Translations under genes and position numbers: made by a program
Source of the DNA: a virus
Taxonomy: Duplodnaviria; Heunggongvirae; Uroviricota; Caudoviricetes
Reading direction: 5' to 3' (one strand)
DNA: 15,997 nt
Virus record (IMG/VR): IMGVR_UViG_2545824717_000014
The notes under the pieces: generated by a model
Seen by the model: only the letters and a program-made list of their open reading frames with translations
Databases searched by the model: none
What the model was told of the DNA's origin: nothing
Part shown: positions 15,173 to 15,997 of the stretch, in pieces
Layout of the letters: the number at the start of each line of letters is the position of its first letter
Position numbering within the stretch: position 1 is the stretch's first letter

Positions 15173-15997
15173 ATGAACGAACATCATCAACCTTTTGAAG
15201 AAATACGGCATTATGGCACTGAAGGGCAAGAATTTTGGTCAGCTAGAGAATTGGCACCGTTACTGGATTATCGGGACTGGCGCAATTTTCAAAAGGTACT
15301 GGCCCGCGCGACTCAAGCGTGCGAAGCCAGCAATCAAGCTGCATCTGACCATTTCGTTGAAACCACCAAAATGGTTGTATTAGGTTCAGGGGCTCAACGA
15401 GAACTTGAAGATGTTCATCTCTCCCGCTATGCCTGTTACCTGGTAGTACAAAACGGCGACCCTGCGAAACCGGTTATTGCGGCAGGGCAAACTTATTTTG
15501 CTATCCAGACCCGACGGCAGGAGCTGGCTGACGATGAAGCTTTCAGGCAACTTCGTGAAGACGAAAAGCGTCTTTTTCTGAGAAATGAATTGAAAGAACA
15601 TAACAAACAATTGGTTGAGGCAGCGCAGCAAGCTGGGGGAGCGACAGCTATCGATTTCGCCATATTTCAGAATCATGGTTACCGGGGGCTGTATGGTGGA
15701 TTAGATCAGAAAGCTATTCATCAGCGGAAGGGGCTGAAAAAGAATCAGAAGATCCTGGATCATATGGGTTCAACAGAACTGGCGGCTAATCTCTTTCGAG
15801 CTACCCAAACAGAAGAAAAACTCAAGCGGGATGGCGTGAATTCAAAACAGCAAGCAAACACCACACACTTTGACGTGGGTCGCAAGGTGAGGCAAACCAT
15901 TCAGGAACTTGGCGGAACCATGCCTGAGGAGTTGCCGACCCCGCAGGTCAGCATCAAGCAGTTGGAAAACAGTGTAAAAATTACAGAGAAGAAATAG
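15173..15997 (+). CDS. dinD: DNA-damage-inducible protein D (Bro-N-like domain protein), 274 aa
   Basis: Start at ATG 15173 (MNEHHQPFEEIRHYGTEGQEFW...) with a GGAG RBS; the upstream in-frame ATG 15161 lacks an RBS. Sequence and length match E. coli DinD as I recall it, and the upstream LexA box fits an SOS gene. Stop TAG at 15995-15997. Confidence 0.85.
   Translation: MNEHHQPFEEIRHYGTEGQEFWSARELAPLLDYRDWRNFQKVLARATQACEASNQAASDHFVETTKMVVLGSGAQRELEDVHLSRYACYLVVQNGDPAKPVIAAGQTYFAIQTRRQELADDEAFRQLREDEKRLFLRNELKEHNKQLVEAAQQAGGATAIDFAIFQNHGYRGLYGGLDQKAIHQRKGLKKNQKILDHMGSTELAANLFRATQTEEKLKRDGVNSKQQANTTHFDVGRKVRQTIQELGGTMPEELPTPQVSIKQLENSVKITEKK

Noticed and set aside
1-15997. tRNA or tmRNA gene serving as the integration target
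   Set aside because: No cloverleaf-compatible sequence with a T-loop motif found by eye; the intact target is expected upstream of the integrase, outside the window.

Overview
This window reads as a P4/PICI-type integrative satellite-like island from an enterobacterium, ending in a chromosomal SOS gene. All family calls are motif recognition by eye; no database search was run. Left to right: a complete P4-family tyrosine integrase (1-1269) with a translationally coupled 216-aa unknown gene; a ~470-bp AT-rich control region; a tightly coupled + strand operon running from an AlpA-like HTH regulator (2388) through five small genes (one Ant/Rha-like) to an alpha-like zinc-ribbon/TOPRIM/P-loop primase-helicase (4582-6933). 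Two clusters of GGTACAGG-type iterons (6964-7066 and 8074-8176) flank two further unknown genes and look like the element's ori/crr. The cargo follows: a three-gene operon (57-aa RHH-like, 447-aa and 705-aa low-complexity proteins with no enzymatic motif I can recognise) with a convergent 4-TM membrane protein. I cannot place this module in any family I know and flag it as the best candidate for an undescribed system (defence or toxin/immunity cargo is hypothesis only). Further right are a noncoding stretch with copies of a ~25-bp (CG)4-core motif, a small tail-anchored membrane protein and an RHH-like regulator divergent from a PerC-like activator across a palindrome/iteron-rich region, an intrinsic terminator, and dinD with its LexA box. 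No rRNA, tRNA or CRISPR array was seen. The island's left att site lies off-window and its right boundary is not determined.
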